DNA from: Gammaproteobacteria bacterium
GTDB taxonomy: Bacteria > Pseudomonadota > Gammaproteobacteria > Steroidobacterales > JABDLF01
Length of the DNA: 64,000 nucleotides
Direction of reading: 5' to 3'
NCBI GenBank assembly: GCA_041565075.1
Contig: JBFGOQ010000006.1
Location: forward strand, 724-64,723
Below the pieces are notes generated by a model. It was not told the origin of the DNA, did no database searches, and worked only from the letters and a program-made list of their open reading frames with translations. Below are positions 20,323-30,649 of the stretch, in pieces; position 1 is the stretch's first letter; every line of letters starts with the position of its first letter. The position numbers and the translations under genes are program-made.

Positions 20323-20931
20323 GTGAATCAAGACTTTATATATCTCGCCTCGGCGTCGCCGAGGCGCCGGGAACTGCTCGCCCAGATTGGCGTGGCTTTT
20401 CGCGTCAGGCCGGCGGAGATTCCTGAAATACGCAACCAGGGCGAGGCAGTGGCAGACTTCGTGCAGCGCATGGCGCTGGCCAAGGCCAATACAGTCCGCC
20501 AGGCCCTCAATGCCGACGAGTACGCGGTGCTCGCTGCCGACACCGTAGTGGTGGTGGATGAAGAAATGCTGGGTAAGCCGGCTGACCGGGCTGAAGGGCT
20601 GGCGATGCTGGAGCAACTGTCCGGGCGCGACCACAAGGTGTTGTCGGCGGTGGCACTGGTTCGAGGCGATCGCAGTGACGTGGCGCTGGATATCAGCCGC
20701 GTCTGGTTCCGGGACCTGCAAGCGACAGAAATACAAGCGTATTGGCAAACCGGAGAACCGGCGGATAAGGCCGGCGCGTACGCGGTGCAAGGGACCGGTG
20801 CGGTATTCATCGAGAGGCTTGAGGGCAGTTTCTCCGGCGTGATGGGATTGCCTTTGTTTCACACCGCAAGATTACTGGCCAGCTTCGGTGTCGATATTCC
20901 CGGTCTGAAGGGGGAACGCGCTCATGCGTGA
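20323..20931 (+). CDS. maf: Maf-like nucleoside-triphosphate pyrophosphatase
   Basis: YLASASPRRRELL motif. GTG 20323 is preferred over the TTG at 20287. Confidence 0.9.
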   Translation: MNQDFIYLASASPRRRELLAQIGVAFRVRPAEIPEIRNQGEAVADFVQRMALAKANTVRQALNADEYAVLAADTVVVVDEEMLGKPADRAEGLAMLEQLSGRDHKVLSAVALVRGDRSDVALDISRVWFRDLQATEIQAYWQTGEPADKAGAYAVQGTGAVFIERLEGSFSGVMGLPLFHTARLLASFGVDIPGLKGERAHA

Positions 20932-22396
20932 AGAGCTGCTGGTCAATGTCACGCCTTCCGAGGTCAGGGTCGCTGTCGTGGAGAACGGCGTGCTGCAAGA
21001 AGTGTTCATTGAAAGAACCAGTCGCAAAGGCATCGTTGGCAATCTCTACAAGGGCCAGGTATCCCGTGTATTGCCGGGTATGCAGGCCGCATTTATCGAT
21101 ATCGGCCTTGAACGCACCGCGTTCCTGCATGTTTCGGATATAGCACGGCCGGTGGTCGAGGATGAAAACGGCATCGTGGCGCCCGGACCCGACAATATCC
21201 GCGAGCTGGTCACGGAAGGCGGCGATATCCTGGTGCAGGCACTGAAAGATCCACTGGGCAGCAAAGGCGCTCGGCTGACCACTTTCGTAACGATTCCTTC
21301 CCGTTACCTGGTTTACATGCCCAAAGGGCAGGGGATCGGCGTTTCCTCTCGCATAGAAGATGAAGATGAACGCAATCGCCTGCGGGACCTGGTCGACGAG
21401 CTGGCGGATGTCGGCGAGAACGGTGGTTTTATTGTTCGCACCGCGGCCGAGGGTACGACGCGCGAGGCACTGCGCGCCGACATGATGTTTCTGCTCAAAT
21501 TATGGGAGTTGGTGCATAAGCAGATCGCGCAGACCGAACCCGGCGGTCTGGTGCATGAAGATCTGGTCTTGCCATTGCGGGTGTTGCGCGATCTGCTCGG
21601 CACGGAAGTAGAACGCGTGCGGGTCGACGATGCAGCGACCTGCGGCCGTATGCAGCGATTCGTGCAGATCTTCATGCCGGAGCTGGCATCCCGTATCGAG
21701 GAGTACACGGGCAGCCGGCCGATATTCGATTTGTACGGTCTGGAGGACGAAATCTCACGGGCGCTGGACAGCAAAGTTCAACTCAAATCGGGCGGCTACC
21801 TGATTATCGACCAGACCGAGGCGATGACCACCATAGACGTTAATACAGGCGGCTATGTCGGACACCGCAATCTGGAAGAAACTATTTTCAAGACCAATCT
21901 CGAGGCAGCCCAGGCGATCGCCCGCCAATTGCGCCTGCGCAACCTTGGCGGGATCATAATTCTGGATTTCATCGACATGGAGGATGACGAACACCGCCAG
22001 CAGGTCATGCAGGCCTTGGAACGTTATCTCGCCAAGGATCATGCGCGAACGGCAATTTGTGAGGTGTCCTCGCTGGGTCTGGTAGAAATGACCCGGAAGC
22101 GGACCCGCGAAAGCCTGGAACATGTGCTGTGCATGCCTTGTCCAACCTGTGAGGGCCGTGGTTCCGTGAAGACGCCGGTGACGGTCTGCTACGAGATCTT
22201 CCGGGATATTATCCGCCAGACGCGTCAGTTCGATTTTCAGGAACTGATGGTGCTCGCGCACTCGGAAGTCATCGAACTGCTGCTGGACGAGGAATCCGCG
22301 AGCCTGGCCGAGCTTGAAGCAGTCACCGGCAAACCAATACGGCTGCAGGCGGAGGCGCTTTATTCCCAGGAACATTACGACGTTGTTTTGATGTGA
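20924..22396 (+). CDS. rng: Ribonuclease G
   Basis: S1 domain (GNLYKGQVSRVLPGMQAAFIDIG) and the RNase E/G catalytic core (TTIDVNTGGYVG). Overlaps the maf stop by 8 nt. Confidence 0.95.
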   Translation: MREELLVNVTPSEVRVAVVENGVLQEVFIERTSRKGIVGNLYKGQVSRVLPGMQAAFIDIGLERTAFLHVSDIARPVVEDENGIVAPGPDNIRELVTEGGDILVQALKDPLGSKGARLTTFVTIPSRYLVYMPKGQGIGVSSRIEDEDERNRLRDLVDELADVGENGGFIVRTAAEGTTREALRADMMFLLKLWELVHKQIAQTEPGGLVHEDLVLPLRVLRDLLGTEVERVRVDDAATCGRMQRFVQIFMPELASRIEEYTGSRPIFDLYGLEDEISRALDSKVQLKSGGYLIIDQTEAMTTIDVNTGGYVGHRNLEETIFKTNLEAAQAIARQLRLRNLGGIIILDFIDMEDDEHRQQVMQALERYLAKDHARTAICEVSSLGLVEMTRKRTRESLEHVLCMPCPTCEGRGSVKTPVTVCYEIFRDIIRQTRQFDFQELMVLAHSEVIELLLDEESASLAELEAVTGKPIRLQAEALYSQEHYDVVLM

Positions 22397-22421
22397 TCAC
22401 CATGAGCAATCGACAAGGCTG

Positions 22422-25400
22422 ATGATCTTCTCGCTGAAAAGGCTCTGGCGCTGGCTGGCAGGCACCTTCGCAGCCCTGGTCATCCTGTTGGCCGTGGCAC
22501 TGGGCCTGTTTCGTCTGATGCTGCCGCAGATCCCTGCTTACCATGCGCAGATCGAGGGTTGGGCAAGCAAGGCCGTGGGCTTGCCAGTAAAGCTGGGTCG
22601 CCTCGATGCCCGCTGGTCGTTTGGCGGGCCGGAACTGACCTTTCAGGCGGCACGTCTGTATGCACGCGATTCGGACCAGATACTGATCGAGGCTGCGGAA
22701 GGCAGCGTCGGCATCAGCCTCGGCGAGTTGTTGCGCGAAGGTACAGTACGCCCCGGTAAAGTCGTGCTGGAAGGGACACGCCTGTCGCTGGAGCGAAACG
22801 AAGCCGGCATCCTGCATCTCACTGGTCAGACGCCACCGGCCGGCGGCGCCAAGCGAGCCATGGCACCGGTTTTTCAGGTATTGCCCAGGGGCAGCATAGA
22901 GTTTCGTGATGCGGCCATTCTGTATGTAGACCGCGGCGCCGGGCACGGACCCTGGCGCTTTTCGAACGTGGACCTGGCCATTGATCACGGGCGCAGCAAG
23001 CTGTTGATTGAAGGCTCGGCCCGCCTGCCCGCGAGCCTGGGTGAATTCGCCGAATTCAAGCTCAATACCGCCGATGCGATCAACGACCCGCTGGCCATAC
23101 GCTGGCAGGCCTCCGTGCGACTGGAGCAGATCGACCTCGCCGGCGTCGGCGAGATTTTGCCCGAGGGCCTGCCGGAAGTACTTGATGGTCGGGCCGACCT
23201 GGTGGCCAATCTTGGCATGACCGGACGCGTGCTGCAGCACTTCAGCGCCAACATCAACCTGCGTGAATTTGTCTTTGCCGCACGCGAGCAGCAGCCTCAG
23301 GGCTGGTCACGAATTGGCGGGCTGATCGAGTGGGATCGTGAAGCGAGCGGCTGGAAAGCAGCCGCCAGCAACCTGGTTGTAGAGCGTGACGGCCTGGTTT
23401 GGCCGGCCAGCAGATTCACACTTGAGCACACCGCAAGCAGCGACAAGTCGGTCGAAATTGTCTACATGGACGCGAGCTATCTGCGCCTGGAGGACTTACA
23501 GCCCGTTGCCGACTGGTTACCAGAGGGAAGGCTGAGGGAAACACTCGGTGAGATGGCGCCGCGCGGTGAATTGCGTGAGCTGGTTATAAACAGGAGCCTG
23601 AGGGATGGTGAGACCTCAAGTTTCGCATTGCGCAGCGAATTCAGCGATCTCTCGGTCAACCCACACGAGTCATTGCCGGGCGCCAACGGGCTGACTGGCA
23701 AGTTGCGCATGGACGATACCGGTGGCTTTCTTGAAATGGACACTGCTGCTTCGTCCTTGCTCTTGCCGTCACTATTTGATGGGCCCATGCCGGTGGATTC
23801 GATGCGCGGCAGCCTGAGTTGGAAGCGAGTTACGGGCGCCTGGCAATTCGACAGCGAAGATTTCAAAATCGAAACGCCGGCTTTTGCAATGATCAGCAAC
23901 TTTTCCATGGCTTTGCCGGATGACGCTTCCCCTGTACTGGATCTCGATGCCCGCATATTGGACCTTGAGATTCTCGGCGCGCGCGACTACCTGCCAAAAA
24001 ACAAACTGCCGCCCATGGCTTATCGCTGGCTGTATGGCGCGCTGGTATCGGGGCGCGCCCCTGAGACGACTGTGCGATTCAATGGCCCGGTTCGAGCCTA
24101 TCCGTTTGCCAACGGGGAGGGCGTCTTTCGGGCCCGAACCGTCATCCAGAATATGCGCTTCGCCTTTGCCCGGGACTGGCCGGCCATTGAAGGTGCGCGC
24201 CTGGAAGCGGTCCTGGAAAATGCCAGTTACCGGGGGCGGATACTTTCCGGGAGCATTTCCGGCAATGACGTGTCCGGCTCCACGGCTGAAATCTCGGATT
24301 TCTCAGATCCCATACTGATCATGCAAGGTCAGGCACGGGGCACCGTTTCGGATTTGCTGGCCTTCATGCGCGAAAGTCCGGTGGCAAACGTGCTGGGTCC
24401 GCGACTCGACGATATCAGGGGTGCGGGTGGCGCGCAGACCGAGGTGGTCCTCAACTTGCCGCTCATGCGCATGAACGAATTCAGAGTGAATGGTAATACC
24501 GCAGTGCAGGCCGAATGGCTGGGCATCAGCGGATTGGATCAGCGATTCACTCAGGTAGACGGCGACATCAATTTTACCGAACAGGCAGTGCGCGCCAATG
24601 ATGTGAATGCCAACCTTTTTGGTCGAGCGGTTACGTTCGATATTCGTCCGGGCAGCAATGCAAACGGCATTGTAGATGCCACCCTGATCGAAATCGACGG
24701 CCGCCACTCCGCCACGAATCTGATCAACAATCTGCCCTTTCCAGTGCAGGCCGTGCTTGCAGGCGAGACTGACTGGCAGGCAACAGCGCGCTTTCCCCGG
24801 CCTTCTGCCAGCGATGAAAAGTTTAATATTTTTGTGCGGTCCAACCTCGCGGGCATGGCGGTCATTCTGCCGGAACCGGCCTATAAGCCGGCAGCTGAGA
24901 GTCGTCGCTTTACCGCGGATATTCGTTTTCCAGCTGACGGCCAGATCAGCATGCAGACTGAATTCGGTAACGTGCTGACCAGCAACAGCCAATTCGGCAA
25001 GACAGGTGCTGAATGGCGGCACGATCGCAGTGCCGTGCGCCTGGGTGGCCCGATACCTGGCTTGCCGCCAACCGAGGGCCTGGTGGTGACCGGCGAAGCG
25101 GACCTGCTGGCGCTGGACGATTGGATCAGCGTCGAATGGGGCGAAGACCAAAGGGACGAGGGGCCGCCATTGCTGCGCTCGGTCAACCTGCAGGTAAATC
25201 GACTGCTGGCCTATGGCCAGGTGATCCCCGCGGCCCGGGTCAAGCTTGATCGAAACGCGCGGGAATGGCTGGCCCAGGTGACCAGCGATCGCGTGGAGGG
25301 CTCGTTGCTGATTCCGGAGAATCTCGCAGGGGACGAACCGGTGTTCGCGGATATGGTACGCCTGGTATTGATGCCGGAAGATATCACCGAGGGCGAGCCG

Positions 25401-26282
25401 GAAACCGCCGACCCGCGCGACTTGCCTGCCATGCGCATTACGGCCGCGGAATTTATTTACGATGACATGAACTTCGGGTCCCTCGAAGCAAATATAACGC
25501 GTACGCCTTACGGCCTGTTGGCCGAAAGTATCAAGACCACGGATCCCGGGTTCACAATAGCGGGCAATGGCAGGTGGGAAGTGGCCGAAGGCCGCGAGAC
25601 CAGCAGCTTTGCGTTCGAATTAAACGCAAGCAACGTATTGCGAACCCTGGTGCAATTGGCATTTGATCCGATCATGAAGGCAGATGCCGCCACGGTCACA
25701 GCACAGCTTGAATGGCCAGGGCCGCCAGACCAGCGTTTTCGGGAGCAGCTCTCCGGCTCGGTCAGCGTGCGGGTGGGTGACGGTCAGCTGCTGGAAGTCG
25801 AACCCGGTGCCGGCCGCATGTTTGGTCTGCTTTCCATTGCGGCGCTGCCGCGGCGCCTGTCGCTTGATTTTCGTGACGTCTTCGATACCGGCTTCGGATT
25901 CGATTCAATTTCGGGCGATTTCGAACTGGTGGAAGGACAGGCCTACACCAATAACCTGATTCTGAAGGGGCCTGCTGCCGACATCGGTATTGCCGGGCGC
26001 GCCGGTCTGGTTGCCCGCGATTATGATCAGACAGCGGTGGTGCGGGCGAACTTCGGTTCTGCCCTGCCGGTAGCGGGTGCCCTGGCGGCCGGTCCCGCTG
26101 TCGGCGCAGCTCTGTTCATCTTCTCGGAGATACTCAAAGACCCCCTCAAGGACATGTCGAAAGTGTTTTATCGGGTAACGGGGTCCTGGGACGAACCGGA
26201 ATTCCTGCGTGTCGACCAGGCCGTGGCCGAGGCGCCCCGCGAGGACAACCCGCCGGTACCTGAGGAGGAACCGGGTGGCTGA
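22422..26282 (+). CDS. yhdP: YhdP-family (AsmA-like) large envelope protein
   Basis: 1286 aa with an N-terminal membrane anchor. Lies between rng and tldD, as E. coli yhdP does. Confidence 0.85.
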   Translation: MIFSLKRLWRWLAGTFAALVILLAVALGLFRLMLPQIPAYHAQIEGWASKAVGLPVKLGRLDARWSFGGPELTFQAARLYARDSDQILIEAAEGSVGISLGELLREGTVRPGKVVLEGTRLSLERNEAGILHLTGQTPPAGGAKRAMAPVFQVLPRGSIEFRDAAILYVDRGAGHGPWRFSNVDLAIDHGRSKLLIEGSARLPASLGEFAEFKLNTADAINDPLAIRWQASVRLEQIDLAGVGEILPEGLPEVLDGRADLVANLGMTGRVLQHFSANINLREFVFAAREQQPQGWSRIGGLIEWDREASGWKAAASNLVVERDGLVWPASRFTLEHTASSDKSVEIVYMDASYLRLEDLQPVADWLPEGRLRETLGEMAPRGELRELVINRSLRDGETSSFALRSEFSDLSVNPHESLPGANGLTGKLRMDDTGGFLEMDTAASSLLLPSLFDGPMPVDSMRGSLSWKRVTGAWQFDSEDFKIETPAFAMISNFSMALPDDASPVLDLDARILDLEILGARDYLPKNKLPPMAYRWLYGALVSGRAPETTVRFNGPVRAYPFANGEGVFRARTVIQNMRFAFARDWPAIEGARLEAVLENASYRGRILSGSISGNDVSGSTAEISDFSDPILIMQGQARGTVSDLLAFMRESPVANVLGPRLDDIRGAGGAQTEVVLNLPLMRMNEFRVNGNTAVQAEWLGISGLDQRFTQVDGDINFTEQAVRANDVNANLFGRAVTFDIRPGSNANGIVDATLIEIDGRHSATNLINNLPFPVQAVLAGETDWQATARFPRPSASDEKFNIFVRSNLAGMAVILPEPAYKPAAESRRFTADIRFPADGQISMQTEFGNVLTSNSQFGKTGAEWRHDRSAVRLGGPIPGLPPTEGLVVTGEADLLALDDWISVEWGEDQRDEGPPLLRSVNLQVNRLLAYGQVIPAARVKLDRNAREWLAQVTSDRVEGSLLIPENLAGDEPVFADMVRLVLMPEDITEGEPETADPRDLPAMRITAAEFIYDDMNFGSLEANITRTPYGLLAESIKTTDPGFTIAGNGRWEVAEGRETSSFAFELNASNVLRTLVQLAFDPIMKADAATVTAQLEWPGPPDQRFREQLSGSVSVRVGDGQLLEVEPGAGRMFGLLSIAALPRRLSLDFRDVFDTGFGFDSISGDFELVEGQAYTNNLILKGPAADIGIAGRAGLVARDYDQTAVVRANFGSALPVAGALAAGPAVGAALFIFSEILKDPLKDMSKVFYRVTGSWDEPEFLRVDQAVAEAPREDNPPVPEEEPGG

Positions 26283-27102
26283 TGAGCAGGACGCCGGGCT
26301 GGTCGTCGCGGCAATTCAAATGACCTCGGGCACAGAAGTGTCGGCCAATCTGTCTGCCGCCGCTGCGCTCATCGACAAGGCCAGGGCTGGCGGCGCATTG
26401 CTGGTGGTGCTTCCGGAGAACTTCGCATTTATGGGGCGCAGCGATGCACAGCGCCTGGCGATTGCGGAACAGCCGGGCGAGGGGCCCATACAGTCGTGGC
26501 TCGCGCAAACCGCTCGGCAAGCAAGCTGCTGGATCGCAGGTGGCACGATACCAATTCGTGCGGGCCAAGACCGCTTCCATTCTTCCTGTCTGGTATTTGA
26601 TCCTGCTGGCGAGCAACGCGCCCGCTACGACAAGGTGCATCTGTTCGACGTCAGGATTCCCGGCCGTGAGGAACAGTATCGCGAGTCCGAAAAGACAGTC
26701 GCCGGTCATGCGCCCGTGGTGTGTGAATCGCCGCTTGGCGGTCTGGGTTTGGCGGTCTGTTATGACCTGCGCTTTCCCGAGCAGTTTCGGGCAATGCTCG
26801 GCATGGGCATGCAGGCAATTGCCCTGCCTGCGGCGTTCACCAGGCCTACCGGCGCTGCCCACTGGCGCCTCCTGGTCCGTGCCCGGGCGGTCGAAAACCT
26901 GTGCCCGATTATTGCCGCGGCGCAGGGCGGTCGACATGCAAGTGGACGAACGACCTGGGGCCATTCCATGATCGTCGATCCATGGGGCGAGGTGCTGGCG
27001 GAATGTGCCGACGCGCCCGACATAGCGCTGGCGCGGCTCGACATGGCAAGGGCTGCGGCGATTCGGGCTGCATTTCCGGCGCTGGAGCACAGGCGCCTGT
27101 GA
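26275..27102 (+). CDS. Carbon-nitrogen hydrolase family protein (Nit-like)
   Basis: E-K-C triad contexts VVLPENF, YDKVHLFD and AVCYDLRFPE. The start is trimmed to GTG 26275, overlapping the yhdP stop. Confidence 0.85.
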   Translation: MADEQDAGLVVAAIQMTSGTEVSANLSAAAALIDKARAGGALLVVLPENFAFMGRSDAQRLAIAEQPGEGPIQSWLAQTARQASCWIAGGTIPIRAGQDRFHSSCLVFDPAGEQRARYDKVHLFDVRIPGREEQYRESEKTVAGHAPVVCESPLGGLGLAVCYDLRFPEQFRAMLGMGMQAIALPAAFTRPTGAAHWRLLVRARAVENLCPIIAAAQGGRHASGRTTWGHSMIVDPWGEVLAECADAPDIALARLDMARAAAIRAAFPALEHRRL

Positions 27103-27181
27103 ACTCGCTTCCCACGGCAGGCTGCATGTTTTCCGGTAGAATCCGCCGTTTCTTTGTTCCTGGCATGCAGCATCGATTGAT

Positions 27182-28627
27182 ATGACAACCAATCCACTGG
27201 AGATCGCCCGACAGACGCTCCTGGAGCCTACCGGCCTGGACGAGGGCCTCCTGCAGAAAACCCTGGGTCATATCATGGGCCACGCGGTCGACAATGCAGA
27301 TCTGTATTTTCAGCTCAGCCGCCATGAATCCTGGTCGCTCGAGGACGGCATCGTTCGGGACGCGCGTCACAGCATTGAGCAAGGTGTAGGTGTGCGCGCA
27401 ATGAGCGGAGAGAAGACCGGCTTCGCATACTCCGATGACCTGGTCTTGCCGGCCCTGACGCAAGCAGGCGAGGCCGCCCGCGCCATCGCCCGCCAGGGCG
27501 GCAAAAACGCGCTGTGCGCATGGAAAGCTGCGCCGGGACACAAGCTCTACTTGCCGATGGATCCTCTGGAAACGCTGGACGACGAGGCCAAGGTGCGGTT
27601 ATTGCAGGATGTGGATGCCCGCACGCGCGCATGTGATCCCCGGGTGAAGGAAGTGATGGTAAGCCTGGCCGGTGTTCATGAGGTTGTGCTTGTGGCGGCC
27701 AGCGACGGCACCCTGAATGCCGATATTCGCCCCCTGGTGCGATTGAACGTATCGGTGATCGTTGAACAGAATGGACGCCGCGAACAAGGCTATGTGGGCG
27801 GTGGCGGGCGCGTCGGCTACGAGTATTTTCTCGAAGGCGAACGGGCGGCGGATTATGGCCGCGAAGCTGTGCGCCAGGCACTGGTGCTGCTGGATGCTGT
27901 GGAGGCGCCGGCCGGAACCATGGATGTTGTGCTGGGCCCCGGCTGGCCAGGCATCTTGCTGCACGAGGCAATCGGGCATGGTCTCGAGGGTGACTTCAAT
28001 CGCAAGGGCACCTCGGCCTTCGCCGGGCGCAGGGGTGAAAAAGTCGCCTCCGAACTGTGTACTGTGGTTGACGATGGCACGCTGGAGAAGCGGCGTGGAT
28101 CGCTCAACATGGATGACGAAGGCACACCGACCCGCTGCACGACCTTGATCGAGAACGGTGTGCTGGTGGGTTACATGCAGGACAAGATGAACGCGCGTCT
28201 GATGGGCGAGGCGTCGACCGGCAACGGCCGCCGCGAATCTTTTGCTCACCTGCCCATGCCGCGCATGACCAACACTTATATGTTGGCCGGGGCCCACGAC
28301 CCGGCAGAAATTATCGCTTCGGTCGACAAGGGCCTTTACGCGGTCAATTTCGGTGGTGGTCAGGTCGATATTACTTCCGGCAAGTTCGTGTTCTCTGCAT
28401 CCGAGGCTTACCTCATTGAAAAGGGCAGGGTGACAAGTCCGGTCAAGGGCGCAACCCTGATTGGCAACGGACCCGACGTACTGACCCGTGTAAGTATGGT
28501 TGGCAGAGATCTGGCCATGGACGAAGGCGTTGGCGTATGCGGGAAGGAAGGGCAGAGCGTACCGGTGGGTGTGGGACAACCCACGCTCCGCATCGATGGG
28601 TTAACTGTTGGTGGCACGACCTCGTGA
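27182..28627 (+). CDS. tldD: Metalloprotease TldD
   Basis: 481 aa, TldD/PmbA family ([23 protein letters not shown]). Confidence 0.96.
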   Translation: MTTNPLEIARQTLLEPTGLDEGLLQKTLGHIMGHAVDNADLYFQLSRHESWSLEDGIVRDARHSIEQGVGVRAMSGEKTGFAYSDDLVLPALTQAGEAARAIARQGGKNALCAWKAAPGHKLYLPMDPLETLDDEAKVRLLQDVDARTRACDPRVKEVMVSLAGVHEVVLVAASDGTLNADIRPLVRLNVSVIVEQNGRREQGYVGGGGRVGYEYFLEGERAADYGREAVRQALVLLDAVEAPAGTMDVVLGPGWPGILLHEAIGHGLEGDFNRKGTSAFAGRRGEKVASELCTVVDDGTLEKRRGSLNMDDEGTPTRCTTLIENGVLVGYMQDKMNARLMGEASTGNGRRESFAHLPMPRMTNTYMLAGAHDPAEIIASVDKGLYAVNFGGGQVDITSGKFVFSASEAYLIEKGRVTSPVKGATLIGNGPDVLTRVSMVGRDLAMDEGVGVCGKEGQSVPVGVGQPTLRIDGLTVGGTTS

Positions 28628-28646
28628 CAAAGTCTGACAGGAATGG

Positions 28647-29078
28647 GTGAATCACTTGCGGGAAGAAAAATACCAGGCACCGTCTCGGCTGCTGTTTGTC
28701 TGTGTCGAGAACTCAAATCGCAGCCAGATGGCGGAAGCCCTCGCGCGCATGCACGGTGGTGATGCAGTCGAGGTGTTCAGCGCCGGGTCGCGACCATCCG
28801 GGATTGTCAATCCGAAGGCCATCACTGCCATGGCGGAACTTGGCTATGATCTCAGGGTGCATGCTTCGAAATCTCTCGACGAAATCCCGGATGTTGAATA
28901 TGACTTTGTTGCCACCATGGGCTGTGGCGACGCCTGCCCGAATGTTCGTGCGCAGTGCCGAGAAGACTGGGTGATTCCGGACCCCCGTGATATGCCGCCC
29001 GGTGAATTCCGCCAGGTGAGAGATCTGATAGCAACAAAAGTGAAAGATACACTCGGTCGACTGCGGCAAGATGCCTGA
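28647..29078 (+). CDS. arsC: LMW-PTP-type arsenate reductase / phosphatase
   Basis: CX5R(S) P-loop CVENSNRS plus the downstream Cys pair GCGDACP. No arsR or arsB is nearby. Confidence 0.8.
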   Translation: MNHLREEKYQAPSRLLFVCVENSNRSQMAEALARMHGGDAVEVFSAGSRPSGIVNPKAITAMAELGYDLRVHASKSLDEIPDVEYDFVATMGCGDACPNVRAQCREDWVIPDPRDMPPGEFRQVRDLIATKVKDTLGRLRQDA

Positions 29079-29085
29079 GTGTCAC

Positions 29086-29715
29086 CTAGCGGTTTCTGGC
29101 GTCTCGCGATTTGCAATGCTCTTTTAGGTACTGCTTGCGCTCTTTCTGAAGTTCGCGCAGGAAACTCCTGTCTTCCGGTTTGAGGTACCCGCCTGCCCCG
29201 GTGCGGCGGGTTACCGGCAGGGCCACATTGGAAGTGAGGCGGGTTCCGGTTACCGGTGTCAGCAGATCTTTTTCCTCTTTTAGCATGGTGCGCATGACCT
29301 TGCAGTCGCCATACAAAGCCTGCAGATTCGCGTGATTTTCTTCGGCTTTATTCTGCGCCGCACTGTCAAGATTCTGCCAGACTTTATCGCTGAGCTGCAC
29401 GAACGCCTGGTCGTTGCGTTCGGCGGCCAACTTCAGCCAGGCCGCCGCGCGAACCGGATCGGCATCTTTGCCCAGGCCATTGAGATACATATAGCCGATC
29501 ATGTATTGGGCATACTTGTCGCCGCGCGGCGCGAGTACCTCCTGGTAAATTTCGTAAGCATCGGCATAGCGCTGATCGTCGAAGGCCCGTTCCGCCTCTT
29601 TTGCCTGTTCGGCGCTGTCATCCTTGATGGCCGAGGGAATAAAGTCGGCAGCCTGGACCAGAGACGCCAGCAACCAGAAAAAAAGAGTGCTCACGGATAT
29701 TTTGACAGGGCTCAT
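29086..29715 (-). CDS. Secreted Sel1-repeat protein
   Basis: Signal peptide MSPVKISVSTLFFWLLASLVQA. Sel1-like repeat YAQYMIGYMYLNGLGKDADPVRAAAWLKLAAE. Confidence 0.75.
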   Translation of the reverse strand: MSPVKISVSTLFFWLLASLVQAADFIPSAIKDDSAEQAKEAERAFDDQRYADAYEIYQEVLAPRGDKYAQYMIGYMYLNGLGKDADPVRAAAWLKLAAERNDQAFVQLSDKVWQNLDSAAQNKAEENHANLQALYGDCKVMRTMLKEEKDLLTPVTGTRLTSNVALPVTRRTGAGGYLKPEDRSFLRELQKERKQYLKEHCKSRDARNR

Positions 29716-29996
29716 TTCACTACCTCATTAGCAAATTAAATTCTCCGGTTGGCCGGGCGCAATGCCGGACACCCAGTGAGACATGCGCCGGTGCCACAAC
29801 ACGATTTACCGCCTACGAGTTTAGGACATTGAACGGCGCTTGGTGTTCCGTGGCAGAATGACCGAGGTCCCGGCCTGGCTATTCGTCCCGCCTGCCGGCG
29901 AGGGCGTCACCCAAAAAACTGACGGTTAGGCTGTGCATAAGGCAGGCGGAGCGGGACGCCAGGCAGTCATATGGTCCGAGGAGCGCATCGCGAAGA

Positions 29997-30551
29997 TTGG
30001 TGACTAAAGAGCGGGTTAAAGCAAACGCAGTTGTCATAAGGCAGGCGCAAACTGGAGACGTCCCCACCCTTGCGCAGCTGGGACAGGAAACCGGCATGGC
30101 CTGGTTCTCGGAAGTGTATTCGCCGCCAGAACTCAGAGCTTTTATCGAGCGCGATTTCTCGCCGGTGGTGCTGCGCGCGCAGCTTGCCAGTCCGCAGTTG
30201 CACACCTTCTTGTTGCTGGAAGTGCGTGGGCAGGCGGTTGGTTTTGCCCGCATTAACTGGGCACGCCCGGTGCCGCTGACAAATAACACTGGCGCCGAAT
30301 TACAGAAAATTTACTTTCTGCCGGCGTTTACAGGGCAAGGCCTGGGTCGCTTGTTGATGGAAGCCGTATTCGAAACCGTGTGGCAGCGCGGTGAGCGAGT
30401 ACTGTGGCTGGACGTGCTCAAATCGAATCCGCGGGCGCGTGCCCTGTATGAACGGCTCGGCTTCGAGTATCTGGGTGAGAAGCCGTTCGGGACAGCACTG
30501 GGCGAAATTGGCCTTGATGTGCTGATTCACCGATGGCGTCGCCAACGGTGA
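29997..30551 (+). CDS. GNAT family N-acetyltransferase
   Basis: Acetyl-CoA motif FTGQGLGRLLMEA followed by NPRARALYERLGFE. Confidence 0.85.
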   Translation: MVTKERVKANAVVIRQAQTGDVPTLAQLGQETGMAWFSEVYSPPELRAFIERDFSPVVLRAQLASPQLHTFLLLEVRGQAVGFARINWARPVPLTNNTGAELQKIYFLPAFTGQGLGRLLMEAVFETVWQRGERVLWLDVLKSNPRARALYERLGFEYLGEKPFGTALGEIGLDVLIHRWRRQR

Positions 30552-30649
30552 TCTTTGTCATCCGGTCAGCGGCGAATGCGGCTGCTATCCCTTATAGTCG
30601 GGGGGCACGGTTTGACCGGCCTCCGCATGCAACCAAAACGAGACCATAA